From NCBI GenBank assembly GCA_040222015.1, contig JAVJWO010000043.1, positions 1 through 22,603 on the forward strand: 22,603 bases of DNA. Reading direction: 5' to 3'. Below the pieces are notes generated by a model that worked only from the letters and a program-made list of their open reading frames with translations, was not told the DNA's origin and searched no databases. Position 1 is the stretch's first letter. Each line of letters begins with the position of its first letter. Below, one piece after another: positions 8,816 to 17,742 of this stretch. Source of the stretch: Coleofasciculus chthonoplastes F2-STO-03 (GTDB taxonomy: Bacteria > Cyanobacteriota > Cyanobacteriia > Cyanobacteriales > Coleofasciculaceae). The position numbers and the translations under genes are program-made.

Positions 8816-10555
8816 TTAATCCTCCTTGGTGTTCAACCACCCGGCTAAATTCTGTTTTTGAGTCTCTGAGGGATTCTCAAGCTGCACAACCTGGTAGCGG
8901 GTGGGTTGGGATTCGCCTAGGGTAACGGGTAAGGTAGAAAGTTCGTCTTGATGGAACACGGTTACCTGAATCGTGTCACCGGGATGGTAATCTTTTAGGC
9001 GATCGCATAATTGATCGGCACTGACTCGCCAACCGTCTATTGCCAGTAATTGATCTCCAGCATCCACCCCAGCTATTCCCGCAGGAGAGGTGGCGTTGAC
9101 AAATTTGACTACTTCTTGCCCATTCTCGGTCTTGACAATTAACCCTAAATAGGGTAATGAATCCTCGTCTTTCGCCGGCTTGAGTTTTAAGCCAAAGGGT
9201 TCGAGATACTCATCAAAGGGCAATTCTTCTGTCCCCTCAATGTAGCGACGGAAGAAATCACTTAAATCAGTATCTGCGACAGACTCCAACACCTCTTGCA
9301 GTTGTTGGGGAGTAAAGCCAACTTCCTTGACGCCAAACTCTTGCCACATCCGCCGCATCACATCATCAAGGGAACGCTGATTGCCATGACGCGATCGCAC
9401 CAGCAAATCCAGTAATAAGGATACCATTTCTCCTTTGAGATAATAGGAGATCTGACTATTATCACTATTGGCATCCCGGCGATATAACTTAATCCAAGCA
9501 TCAAAACTGGACTCACTCAGGGGTTGCACCAAACGCCCTGGGATCAGTTGCATCCGGGTAATTTCTTTACCCAATCCCTCTAAAAAGGTCTTACTGTCGT
9601 AAATCTTTGCCCGTAAGGGGAGGACTAAATCATAGTAACTGGTTGTCCCTTCACAAAACCACAGGGATGTGGTATGGCTTTCTTGTTCATAGTTAAACCG
9701 TTCTAAGACTTTGGGGCGAATCCGCTTAACATTCCACAAGTGAAAGAACTCATGGGCGACTAATTGCATGAAACGATTGTATTTATCTTTCGCCCGGAAC
9801 CCGAAACGGGGATAATTTAAGGAACAAGAGGTTTTATGTTCTAAACCGCCAAACCCTGTGGACGATAAATGCAGTAAAAACAAATACCGTTCGTAGGGTA
9901 ATCCCCCATATAACTCGGCTTCTGTCTCGATAATTTTCGTCGTATCGGCAATAATCCGTTGGGGATCAGCATTTCCTTGTCCCCAAATTACCAGTTGATG
10001 CGGTTTACCCAGAACTTCAAAGTCGTAAACCTGTTGTGTGCCAATTTCAAAGGGACTATCGACTAAGGTGTCAAAATCACTTGCCTCAAAGGTATTCTCA
10101 GCACCATCAACAGCGGGTAAGGGTGTGGTTGTCTGCCAATCGGATTTAGGGGGTACAATCGTCACCTGAATCGGCTGTTGCTCAAAACCCGGAACAAACA
10201 GGAATAACGCCGCCCCATTAAAATAGCCGTGAGTGGCATCTAGGTGATTGGTGCGTACTGATAATTCATTGGCAAACACGCGGTAGCGGACAACGATGGT
10301 TGAGGCGTCTCCAGTTTGAACCTGCCAGTGATTTTTACTCCGTTTATCCCAGGGTAAGGGCTGGTTTCCAGTCTCAACTCCGAAATCCTGGAGATGTTTG
10401 GCATACTCCCGCACTAGATAAGAACCCGGAGTCCAGACGGGCATTTTTAAATCTAGCACTGATTCCGACCAACCATGCACCTGTAGCGTCACCTCAAATA
10501 GATGAGATTGAGGTTGAGGCATAGCGACGTGATAATGGAAGGTGGGTTTAGTCAT
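8816..10555 (-). CDS. M61 family metallopeptidase (glycyl aminopeptidase) with C-terminal PDZ domain
   Basis: MPVWTPGSY, GGLEH, zinc motif HEFFH, W..EG.TSYY, SYYLKG; PDZ motif SPAGIAG...GDQLLAIDG. The 19 N-terminal codons in the ORF track are translated STRR repeat, so ATG 10555 is preferred. Confidence 0.93.
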   Translation of the reverse strand: MTKPTFHYHVAMPQPQSHLFEVTLQVHGWSESVLDLKMPVWTPGSYLVREYAKHLQDFGVETGNQPLPWDKRSKNHWQVQTGDASTIVVRYRVFANELSVRTNHLDATHGYFNGAALFLFVPGFEQQPIQVTIVPPKSDWQTTTPLPAVDGAENTFEASDFDTLVDSPFEIGTQQVYDFEVLGKPHQLVIWGQGNADPQRIIADTTKIIETEAELYGGLPYERYLFLLHLSSTGFGGLEHKTSCSLNYPRFGFRAKDKYNRFMQLVAHEFFHLWNVKRIRPKVLERFNYEQESHTTSLWFCEGTTSYYDLVLPLRAKIYDSKTFLEGLGKEITRMQLIPGRLVQPLSESSFDAWIKLYRRDANSDNSQISYYLKGEMVSLLLDLLVRSRHGNQRSLDDVMRRMWQEFGVKEVGFTPQQLQEVLESVADTDLSDFFRRYIEGTEELPFDEYLEPFGLKLKPAKDEDSLPYLGLIVKTENGQEVVKFVNATSPAGIAGVDAGDQLLAIDGWRVSADQLCDRLKDYHPGDTIQVTVFHQDELSTLPVTLGESQPTRYQVVQLENPSETQKQNLAGWLNTKED

Positions 10556-10693
10556 TTGTCCTTTGTCATTTGTCATTCGTCCTTTGTTGATGGTTGATGG
10601 TTGATAGTTCATGGTTGATGGTTAGATGGTTCATGGTTCATTGGTAATCCCCTCCCCCATCTCCCCCAGCTTCCCCAGCTTCCCCAGCTTCCC
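10551..10693. repeat. STRR arrays: 13 heptamer units (GTC[A/C]TTT, then GTT[G/C]ATG) plus about 4.5 nonamers (CT[T/C]CCCCAG)
   Basis: Heptamers at 10551-10642 (one unit is 8 nt); nonamers at 10652-10693. Confidence 0.9.
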
Positions 10694-10700
10694 TTCTATC

Positions 10701-11384
10701 CTAAAGCCGTCCAGCTAGATGGGTGAGTTGTTTGAGATTAATCAAACAAAGTTTTTGGTCTTGGGGGTCAACATTAGTCCAACCCTTACTTTCCAGCTTT
10801 TTCATGATTTTGGCTGTATCTTCCACACTGATATCCGTGACATCAGCCAAGTCTTTATAGGGAATATTATAAATTTCGGTTCCCTTTTCTCCCACTTGAC
10901 CATAATTCTCTGCCAAGTTGACTAAGGTATTGGCTAACTTAATCGCTGGGGGTTGATGGCGTCGTTGAAAGCGGAGATTAGTCTGACGCAGTCGTCTAAC
11001 CATCAGTTGTAGCATCCGGTGGTGTAACTGGGGATCTTTGAACAGGGTTTGAATAAAGCGCTGGGCGGAGACGCTGAGTAATTTGACCGATGAAAGGGCG
11101 ACAACATCCGTAGAACGGGGAGATTCATCCAAGATTGCCATCTCGCCAAAAAAATCTCCCTGACCTAAAATTGCCAACGTCACGGCTTTGTCCCCATACA
11201 GGCGTCGAACTTTGACCCAACCGGACATGATAAAGTAAACGGCATTGCCCCAGGCATCTTCCATTAAAACGGCTCGCCCGGTGGGATAATCATGTTCGAC
11301 TCCAACTGACAACAGCCATTCTAGTGTCTCGGGGTTCGCCGTATTAAATAGAGGGAAAAGCTCACTAAAAGCTTTGGTGTGCAT
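10701..11384 (-). CDS. Crp/Fnr family transcriptional regulator (SyCRP2/Sll1924-like)
   Basis: cNMP-binding domain (VYFIMSGWVKV, LGQGDFFGEMAILDESPRSTDV) plus C-terminal HTH. The segments FPLFNTA..ET.EW and SAQRF.Q.LFKDPQLHHRMLQL match my recollection of the SyCRP2 clade. Confidence 0.9.
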   Translation of the reverse strand: MHTKAFSELFPLFNTANPETLEWLLSVGVEHDYPTGRAVLMEDAWGNAVYFIMSGWVKVRRLYGDKAVTLAILGQGDFFGEMAILDESPRSTDVVALSSVKLLSVSAQRFIQTLFKDPQLHHRMLQLMVRRLRQTNLRFQRRHQPPAIKLANTLVNLAENYGQVGEKGTEIYNIPYKDLADVTDISVEDTAKIMKKLESKGWTNVDPQDQKLCLINLKQLTHLAGRL

Positions 11385-11459
11385 GAAAGGTTTATTAACG
11401 TTGGATCATCTAAGATTCCATTACACCACACCAGAACAACAGTCCCCAACTTCCTTAAG

Positions 11460-11546
11460 CTAGTGGTCTGTGAGCAGGGGTGCAGGAGTGCAGAGGGGTA
11501 GGTGTGTAGGAGGGCTTAACCGTAAGTTAATTGACCAACCAACAGT
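11460..11546. repeat. Degenerate MITE-like element with a GCAGGGGT-type short repeat
   Basis: CTAGTGGTCTGT left end and weakly inverted TTGACCAACCAACAG right end enclose GCAGGGGTGCAGGAGTGCAGAGGGG. Confidence 0.35.
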
Positions 11547-11553
11547 GTTTTTA

Positions 11554-12750
11554 TTATCGCAGGGAAACCACGCGATCGCTCTTTTCTAGGGTTGGATAAA
11601 TCCGCAGCACTTCCTCTCTTGCCCAGCGATCAGCGGCTAGAATATCCTCTAGTCCAGGATCAGGGCAGTTATCACGGCTGTGGCGATCGCAGGTTTGCTC
11701 AATACACCGGGCAATGTCTAAGTATTGGATTTTCTCGTCTAAAAACAGTGCTACGGCTTGTTCATTGGCGGCGTTTAATACAGCCGGCATTGAACCCCCA
11801 GTCCGCCCGGCGGCGTAGGCTAATTGCATACAGGGATATTTATCATGGTCAGGTTCTTTAAACGTCAGCGTCCCCGCCTTGACTAAATCCAAGGGTTCCC
11901 AGTCCGTATAGATGCGATCGGGCCAGGATAAGGCATAGAGTAGGGGTAAGCGCATATCGGGCCAGCCTAACTGGGCTAAGACGGAGGTATCTTGTAGTTC
12001 GATCAGGGAGTGAATAATGCTCTGGGGATGGATGACAATATCGATATCGTCATAATCCATACCGAAGAGGAAGTGCGCTTCAATTACCTCTAGCCCCTTG
12101 TTCATCAAGGTAGCGGAATCGACGGTAATTTTGCGCCCCATTGACCAGTTAGGATGTTTAATCGCATCGGCAACCGTTACCTCCCCTAACTTATCGACTG
12201 ACCAATCTCGGAAAGCGCCCCCAGATGCGGTGAGGATAATTCGCCGTAATCCGCCCTCTGGGACTCCCTGAAGGCATTGGAAGATGGCAGAATGTTCCGA
12301 GTCAGCGGGAAGCAGTTTAACGCCATGTTTAGCAATTAGGGGATTGACAACGGGTCCACCTGCGATTAGGGTTTCCTTGTTAGCTAAAGCAATATCTTTT
12401 CCGGCTTCAATTGCCGCGATCGTCGGTAATAATCCGGCACAACCGACTATCCCAGTGACTACCGCTTCAGCATCACCATAACGGGCAACCTCCACCACAC
12501 CCGCTTCTCCCGCCACCAGAATCGGTTGGGGATCAAGGTTTGCGATCGCGCTTTTTAGGTCAGGTAATTTTTGGGCATCACATAAGGCTACGATTTCCGG
12601 TCGAAACTGTCGAATTTGGGCAGCTAACAGTTCCACATTGCTACGTGCTGCCAATCCCACCAACCGGAATTGGTCTGGATGGTGAGTTAAAATCTCTAGG
12701 GTTTGGGTGCCAATCGATCCAGTGGAGCCGAGGAGAGTAATTGATTTCAC
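11554..12750 (-). CDS. dxr: 1-deoxy-D-xylulose 5-phosphate reductoisomerase
   Basis: [79 protein letters not shown] start. Confidence 0.98.
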   Translation of the reverse strand: MKSITLLGSTGSIGTQTLEILTHHPDQFRLVGLAARSNVELLAAQIRQFRPEIVALCDAQKLPDLKSAIANLDPQPILVAGEAGVVEVARYGDAEAVVTGIVGCAGLLPTIAAIEAGKDIALANKETLIAGGPVVNPLIAKHGVKLLPADSEHSAIFQCLQGVPEGGLRRIILTASGGAFRDWSVDKLGEVTVADAIKHPNWSMGRKITVDSATLMNKGLEVIEAHFLFGMDYDDIDIVIHPQSIIHSLIELQDTSVLAQLGWPDMRLPLLYALSWPDRIYTDWEPLDLVKAGTLTFKEPDHDKYPCMQLAYAAGRTGGSMPAVLNAANEQAVALFLDEKIQYLDIARCIEQTCDRHSRDNCPDPGLEDILAADRWAREEVLRIYPTLEKSDRVVSLR

Positions 12751-12811
12751 AACAGTTTCTTAAGAATTCGCCGCTCTTTAATTACTATAGGATTATTTTG
12801 CACATCGTTCA

Positions 12812-13001
12812 TCAGCCTGGAACTAAAGTTCCGGCTCAAAGCTTAAACCCGTTAAAACGGGTTCGCAAGTTTACCCAGTCAGCCAAATTGTGTTGTAGGG
12901 TGAACAGCGCGAAGCGTAACGCACCATGGCTCAAGGTTGTGGTGGGTTACGGCTGCTGCCCAACCCAGGATGGCGGCCTGCCACTAAAATATGGAATGGA
13001 T
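12812..13001. repeat. Cluster of palindromic dispersed repeats
   Basis: GGAACTAAAGTTCC and AACCCGTTAAAACGGGTT hairpins; GTAG REP-like doublet at 12895-12967; MITE-end-like segment at 12969-13001. Confidence 0.7.
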
Positions 13002-13083
13002 CTTGCAGGTTTTCTGGGCGCACGGGGCGGGTTACCCGAAAATGCTAATCCATCAAATTAGGTGGCTCAAGAGATTAATCGAG

Positions 13084-15363
13084 TTACTTTCTCGCAAACC
13101 AGCGTCGGATTAACTCTACCTGAAAGCGGTAACCATCACCATCTTCTTCAAGTAAGTCACGCCGCACAAGTAAATTGAGAGTGCTATTCAGGTTATCGGG
13201 AAACTGACGAGATAGAACTTTTTTGCTGACTGTTGCTCCTTCTCCCTTGGCTGCCAAAAACTTCAATAGTTCTAAATCAGCCTTATTAACTTGATTACGT
13301 TCGATGTCCGCGAATAATAAGCTACCACTCCTCAAAGCTTCTTGCACTGCTTTTTCAACGTCCCGCCAGGTAGTTAATCGACGGTTAGCTGGGGGTTGTT
13401 CATTCTTCAAAGCCACAATTTCAGAGCAGAGTAGTTGTACTAAGCAAGGATGACAACGGGTAATTTCTATTACTCGATCAACAGCGTCAGGTTCATAATG
13501 TAGAGGAAAGTTTTTTACTGGTTTTTCAATTAATTGACGAGCTTCATCTTCTTGCAGGTAGCTGATATTCACAACTTGAACATTAATCAAGTAACTAGCC
13601 CAACGCTGATATTCTTCTAGAGTATGGGAACCAGCTAAAAGAACTTTAAAGCGTGGACGATGTTGAATTATGTGACGCAGCATTCCCAGAACGTCTTGCT
13701 CATCAAAGCGTTCTTTAGCTATAGCACTGTCCAACTCTTCAAACTCGTCTAATTCCAGCAAAGCTGTATTATTACCTAACGTTTGTTCAACTTTATCTAG
13801 CCATTCGTCAAAGCAAGTGAAGGAGTCAGCAGCGATTGATTCGCGAGTTAAGCTTGGAAGGACTAAACCTCTTTTTCGTTTGGCTGATTCTACCATGCCC
13901 CTGGCAATGTTATAGAGAAAACCAGTGTAGTCACTCGCCCCTGAGACTGGTCCTTGCAAATCCACAAACATTGGGACAATAGTATTAGGTAACAGACGTC
14001 CCAAATTGTTGAGTAGAGAGGTTTTACCCATACGTCGTTGACCATAGAGTAGTAATGGGGGGCGGCGTTGATCTAAAAGTAATTGCTCAATGCGCGTACT
14101 AATATCATTGCGTCCAACAAAGATTTCCTGTTGTTCTGTAAGGGGATTACCGATGATGTAAGGAGAGTCAATTTCTTGGCGGAGTTCAGCAGCTTTAGCA
14201 AGTTCATCACTATAGTCAGTAATTATCTTACTCCAACGAAGCGGGACAGGTTGCAAACGAGTCGCGTATGGATCGTTGCTTGTTATCAACTGCCTTGATA
14301 ACTCATCTAACTTGTTAGCGACGGTTTTAAGAGTAAGGCGCTTATTGTAGGTAGTTACTTGGTTTAAAGCTGCATCAACATCTTCACTAATATGACTGAA
14401 ACTGCGTATAAGTGTAGCAACTAAGTTTTCCACCTCAAATTCACCAGTTGCTAAATCTATGTGAAGATGACGGATATTGTCCAGATCAACACAACCTTCT
14501 ATCTTGCGGGTATCCATTTCAAGTAATGCAGCTTGAGCTGCCCAGCGCTGAGAACTGGTACTTAGGTATTGAATTGCTGCTCGTCCTTCAGTTGGGTTAC
14601 GCTCAATTACTAAGATAAGATGCTTATCTAAGCCTTTCAGTTGTCGATTTTCCCACTCGTCCCAAAACGCAGAATGATAGCGCAGTAGACTACATTTGTC
14701 ATCCTTGACTAGAGTGTTATCATTAATTTCATCTAATTTATAAAGTGAATTATTTAAAATTTTTTGTAAGGGACGTATTAAAATAATACGCCCAAGCTTT
14801 ATGAGCGGTTTAATAATTAATTTTAGCTTTAAAAAAACATAAATAATTTTAGTAAAATTCATCTCATCTGGTTGCTCAATTAACAGGGCAATTCCTACCA
14901 CAAGAAGCACTAAACTAGTTATAATAATTGTCAAATTAAACGCTAAGCTAAAAGCTATGCTGAGAGTCCAAGTCGTTACTATGCCAACTGCTACACGAAC
15001 TACTATACTAAGACTTAAACCAAAAACCAGGCTGATTGCCATGCTAATTATAGTGCGAACTATAAAGTCTTCTCTAGGTTCACTGAATCCTAAAGACATC
15101 AATTTTATTAGTAAATTTGTGGACAATGGCAAAATGAGGTATCCCTGTATCAGAAACTTCCACAAATTCCAATTTCGCCATTGCAAATGCTTCCATCGAT
15201 TAGAGTTAGGATGTAAGGCTGGATCAATACGGGTTAAGTGGATACGCCAAGCTGAAGGACGGAAAAAAATCCAGAACAGCAGTTGCCAACTACCCAGAAT
15301 CAAATTTGGGTGCTGCTCAGGTGAATCCGTATAGGCGTTGCGTGGAACCGAGGGTGAAGACAT
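13084..15363 (-). CDS. Membrane-anchored STAND-like P-loop (AAA) ATPase, 759 aa
   Basis: N-terminal hydrophobic helices (about aa 20-165); helical middle region; SPYIIGNPL...FVGR; Walker A GQRRMGKTS; FVDLQ; Walker B LLELDEFE; T.CHP.LVQL helical motif; C-terminal wHTH-like LVRRDLLE...YRFQVEL.RRW. Confidence 0.88.
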   Translation of the reverse strand: MSSPSVPRNAYTDSPEQHPNLILGSWQLLFWIFFRPSAWRIHLTRIDPALHPNSNRWKHLQWRNWNLWKFLIQGYLILPLSTNLLIKLMSLGFSEPREDFIVRTIISMAISLVFGLSLSIVVRVAVGIVTTWTLSIAFSLAFNLTIIITSLVLLVVGIALLIEQPDEMNFTKIIYVFLKLKLIIKPLIKLGRIILIRPLQKILNNSLYKLDEINDNTLVKDDKCSLLRYHSAFWDEWENRQLKGLDKHLILVIERNPTEGRAAIQYLSTSSQRWAAQAALLEMDTRKIEGCVDLDNIRHLHIDLATGEFEVENLVATLIRSFSHISEDVDAALNQVTTYNKRLTLKTVANKLDELSRQLITSNDPYATRLQPVPLRWSKIITDYSDELAKAAELRQEIDSPYIIGNPLTEQQEIFVGRNDISTRIEQLLLDQRRPPLLLYGQRRMGKTSLLNNLGRLLPNTIVPMFVDLQGPVSGASDYTGFLYNIARGMVESAKRKRGLVLPSLTRESIAADSFTCFDEWLDKVEQTLGNNTALLELDEFEELDSAIAKERFDEQDVLGMLRHIIQHRPRFKVLLAGSHTLEEYQRWASYLINVQVVNISYLQEDEARQLIEKPVKNFPLHYEPDAVDRVIEITRCHPCLVQLLCSEIVALKNEQPPANRRLTTWRDVEKAVQEALRSGSLLFADIERNQVNKADLELLKFLAAKGEGATVSKKVLSRQFPDNLNSTLNLLVRRDLLEEDGDGYRFQVELIRRWFARK

Positions 15364-15439
15364 CTCAGTTTAGGATTAAAACGTGACTCTGTGAATAGGG
15401 AAATTCGGTATAACTCACTTATGGCACCAGTCTCCTCAA

Positions 15440-15558
15440 CCGCCTAAGGTTGAAACCCAAGGAACCCAAAGCGAAAGTTGTCTAAAGACGACTGAATAAG
15501 AGTTTTAGTCCACTTTAGTGGACAGTAGCTCTTAGCCCGGAGTTTGAACTCCGGGCGG
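15440..15558. repeat. Inverted doublet of palindromic repeats (REPIN-like)
   Basis: CCGCC...AGTTGTCTAAAGACGACT...GTCCACTTTAGTGGAC...GCCCGGAGTTTGAACTCCGGGCGG; same style as 12812-12863. Confidence 0.75.
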
Positions 15559-15603
15559 ATGTCGGGGCTTACTGACAAAGATGCAAGTTTGAGATACAAC
15601 GAT

Positions 15604-16221
15604 TTACAATTGCTGCTCCAACTGTAACTCACATTGTTGAAAAACATAATTAACCGCTGCAAATAACCGCTCCAAATCCTGAATTGTATAAAACCGCTTA
15701 TTTTGGGTAAAGTTATCCGCTATCAGTTGACCAAACTGCCAGATTGCCCCATTGGAAACAATACCAAATATTCTTTGTCCTGGATCATTGTTAATTTTCT
15801 GCACCGCCACCATCTCTGCCAAACATTGCCCCCATCCTTCAGTAAAGTCACTCTCTTTCTTTGCCTCAACCACTACAAAATAGGGCTTATCAAACACCAC
15901 TGTCCCCAAGGGGGAGCGCTTCGCCACGATATAATCAGGAGTTCCCGATAAATTTTCATCGTAAGTCAAGGTTTGGTGACTCCAGAGCAGTAAATTGCGG
16001 CGATAAGCTTTCCAAACTTCTTTTAATATGGGATAAATAATCGTCTCACAAATTGCCCTGTCTGAATTGTCAAACACTCCCTCATTTAAAATTAACTCTA
16101 ATTCATTCCGAAAACTATCAGTCACGTCAAATTCAATCTCGGTAATAAAATTGTCTCGAATATATTTGATTTGAAACGTTTTAGCGACAACACCAATACT
16201 TTTATAACTGCTAAACGGCAT
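15604..16221 (-). CDS. PD-(D/E)XK restriction-endonuclease-fold protein (cyanobacterial family)
   Basis: GTPDYIV...VVVEAKK...GWGQCLAEMVA...IFGIVSNG..WQFG; AGAGG ribosome-binding site upstream of the ATG. Confidence 0.75.
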   Translation of the reverse strand: MPFSSYKSIGVVAKTFQIKYIRDNFITEIEFDVTDSFRNELELILNEGVFDNSDRAICETIIYPILKEVWKAYRRNLLLWSHQTLTYDENLSGTPDYIVAKRSPLGTVVFDKPYFVVVEAKKESDFTEGWGQCLAEMVAVQKINNDPGQRIFGIVSNGAIWQFGQLIADNFTQNKRFYTIQDLERLFAAVNYVFQQCELQLEQQL

Positions 16222-16257
16222 GGTTTACCTCTGTATCGTGGGTGGGCGGAAACCTTC

Positions 16258-16462
16258 ATCCGTGTCAACTTAAGGTAAAAACCAATGCTGGTAAGCCTTT
16301 CACCCTTATCCCCTAACCCATTCTCCCATCAAGGATACTGCTGGCGAATTTAACATTCTGCCCTAGAATGACCGAAATACGTTAGAGCGGCTAACGATTT
16401 TATTGGATTTCACGCTATGCCAGTAACATTCGCCAGCAAAGTCCATCAAGGGAGAAGGGGAA
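16258..16462 (-). repeat. Dispersed hairpin repeat, copy B, interrupted by a MITE
   Basis: Homologous to 15-229 in inverted orientation; the hairpin TTCTCCC-ATCAA-GGGAGAA is split by an insertion. Confidence 0.8.
16333..16444. mobile_element. About 110-bp MITE with terminal inverted repeats and target-site duplication
   Basis: Left end GGATACTGCTGGCGAATTTAAC versus reverse-complemented right end GGACTTTGCTGGCGAATGTTAC; direct repeat CCATCAAGG at 16326-16334 and 16443-16451 (TSD of 5, 7 or 9 bp depending on the boundary); internal hairpin CGTTAG-AGCGG-CTAACG. Confidence 0.85.
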
Positions 16463-16757
16463 TCCTTCAATAAAGACGCTTTTGGTATCACGGAAAGGAA
16501 AGCAAATGGCTGCCCTCTTACTCCCCTCTCCCCGGGTGGGTGTGGGGCTGGGGGTGTGGGGTTTACTGACGTTTTCCCAACCTATTTTAATAGTTGTGTA
16601 AGTATCTGGCTCACTGGTAGAAAAATCTTGCTGTTTAGAACCAGCCTTGATATCGTAGTTTCCAAATAGATGGGGTAAACCCGACTGTAGGGGCACCATC
16701 CTTGCGCCCTCTGCGGCAACAGGTTAAGGTGCGTTACGCTACGCTAACGCACCCTAC

Positions 16758-16886
16758 TGGCGTGACCGGGTTAAAATAGGACTTTGTTTGTAGTAAGCAC
16801 GAAGAGTGCTTTAACGCCTAGCTGGAGAGGGCTAAAGCCCTCACTACGAACCAAATCTATTTCACCATTTTAGCTGGGTCACGCCA
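16758..16886. mobile_element. 129-bp MITE inserted at the CTAC of a REP hairpin
   Basis: TIRs TGGCGTGACCGGGTTAAAAT and (rc) TGGCGTGACCCAGCTAAAAT; CTAC duplicated at 16754-16757 and 16887-16890; carries an internal GTAG...CTAC doublet (AAGCAC-GAAGA-GTGCTT; GAGGGCTAAAGCCCTC). Confidence 0.8.
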
Positions 16887-16906
16887 CTACATAGGCGCTG
16901 GGTTCT

Positions 16907-17609
16907 CTAAAAATTCGTAAAGGGTGCTATCTGTCTTAATCCCTCTTCCCGCCAATCATCCCCCGTTTCCCCCTCTTCCAAACTAAACAAACGTTCGCGA
17001 CAAAGAATTTGCAGCAGTAGGGGTAAACATTGACTTTTCTCCAAAATCCAGGTTACATCCTCAACCGGAAACGGAATCGGTGAACTGTCAATCAATTCCC
17101 GCGCCTCCACCTCTGTCAATGCGCCCAGATAGGCGGTATAGCCAAAGATATTGAAAAAGGGAGAACTATGTCCCGTATGAGACGCCAAATCCAGGGGAGA
17201 TTCCGGTGTGGCTAAGACAAAAGCCAGATTTCCCCCTGTTTGATTCGTGGCTAAAGACCGTAAACTTTCCCAAAACCCATCATCTAATTCGGGACAACGC
17301 TGCAATCCCACGCCAATTTCATCCAATAAAATAACGGTGGGTGAATGCAAATGACTACTCACCACATCCATAAAATAATCTAGGTGACAAGGCTTCGGCA
17401 CTTTCATATTCATGCCTTCTAGAATATAACCCAGCAATTTCTCTGGGCTTGCCATCCGTGTATCCTGAAAATCCACAAATATCCAGCAGTAGCGTTCTGG
17501 ATGGGGTAACGTGTTCAGCAAACTTCTTTTGGCTGGGGTAGCCATTGCGCCGAAGTGCTGATTTGACGTGGTTTATGTACTCTGGGGCAACTTTAAGCGA
17601 TCGCGCCAT
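16907..17609 (-). pseudogene. HTH-ATPase (STAND-like) pseudogene with an internal deletion and frameshift
   Basis: The 5' frame MARSLKVAPEYINHVKSALRRNGYPSQKKFAEHV, typical of the Xre-like N-terminus of cyanobacterial NACHT/AAA proteins, joins out of frame at about 17508-17510 to LPHPERYCWIFVDFQD...ILLDEIG...SSPFFNIF...PLLLQILC. Walker B is present and Walker A is absent. Confidence 0.82.
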
Positions 17610-17617
17610 TATTCATA

Positions 17618-17675
17618 ATCAGCGACAAGTCAATTCAGGTCAACTCAAAGTTAGCCATAAGTCAGCTACCTCAGC
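17618..17675. promoter_or_regulatory. Putative phased operator array (6 x gTCArc)
   Basis: ATCAGC 17618, GTCAAT 17629, GTCAAC 17639, GTTAGC 17650, GTCAGC 17661, CTCAGC 17670; spacings 11, 10, 11, 11, 9; lies between divergent genes. Confidence 0.5.
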
Positions 17676-17742
17676 CAAATTTCTCAACCCGGTACTCACC
17701 TAGCCTTCTCCTTGAATGGGATTATGAGTTCAATCTGATTCA

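Noticed and set aside
10300..13061. Plus-strand ORFs (10300, 10719, 11592, 12284, 12540, 12741)
   Set aside because: Antisense shadows of the M61, Crp and dxr genes, or translation of palindromic repeats.
6128..16221. Methyltransferase and PD-(D/E)XK protein as a cognate R-M pair
   Set aside because: They are separated by about 8 kb of unrelated genes, and nothing in the sequence links them.
14083..16699. ORFs 14083, 14957, 15444, 15703 and 16415
   Set aside because: Antisense to real genes or composed of repeat/MITE sequence.
16907..17545. Intact 212-aa ATPase starting MATPAKRS
   Set aside because: The N-terminus is an off-frame reading of the HTH segment and there is no Walker A; treated as part of a pseudogene.
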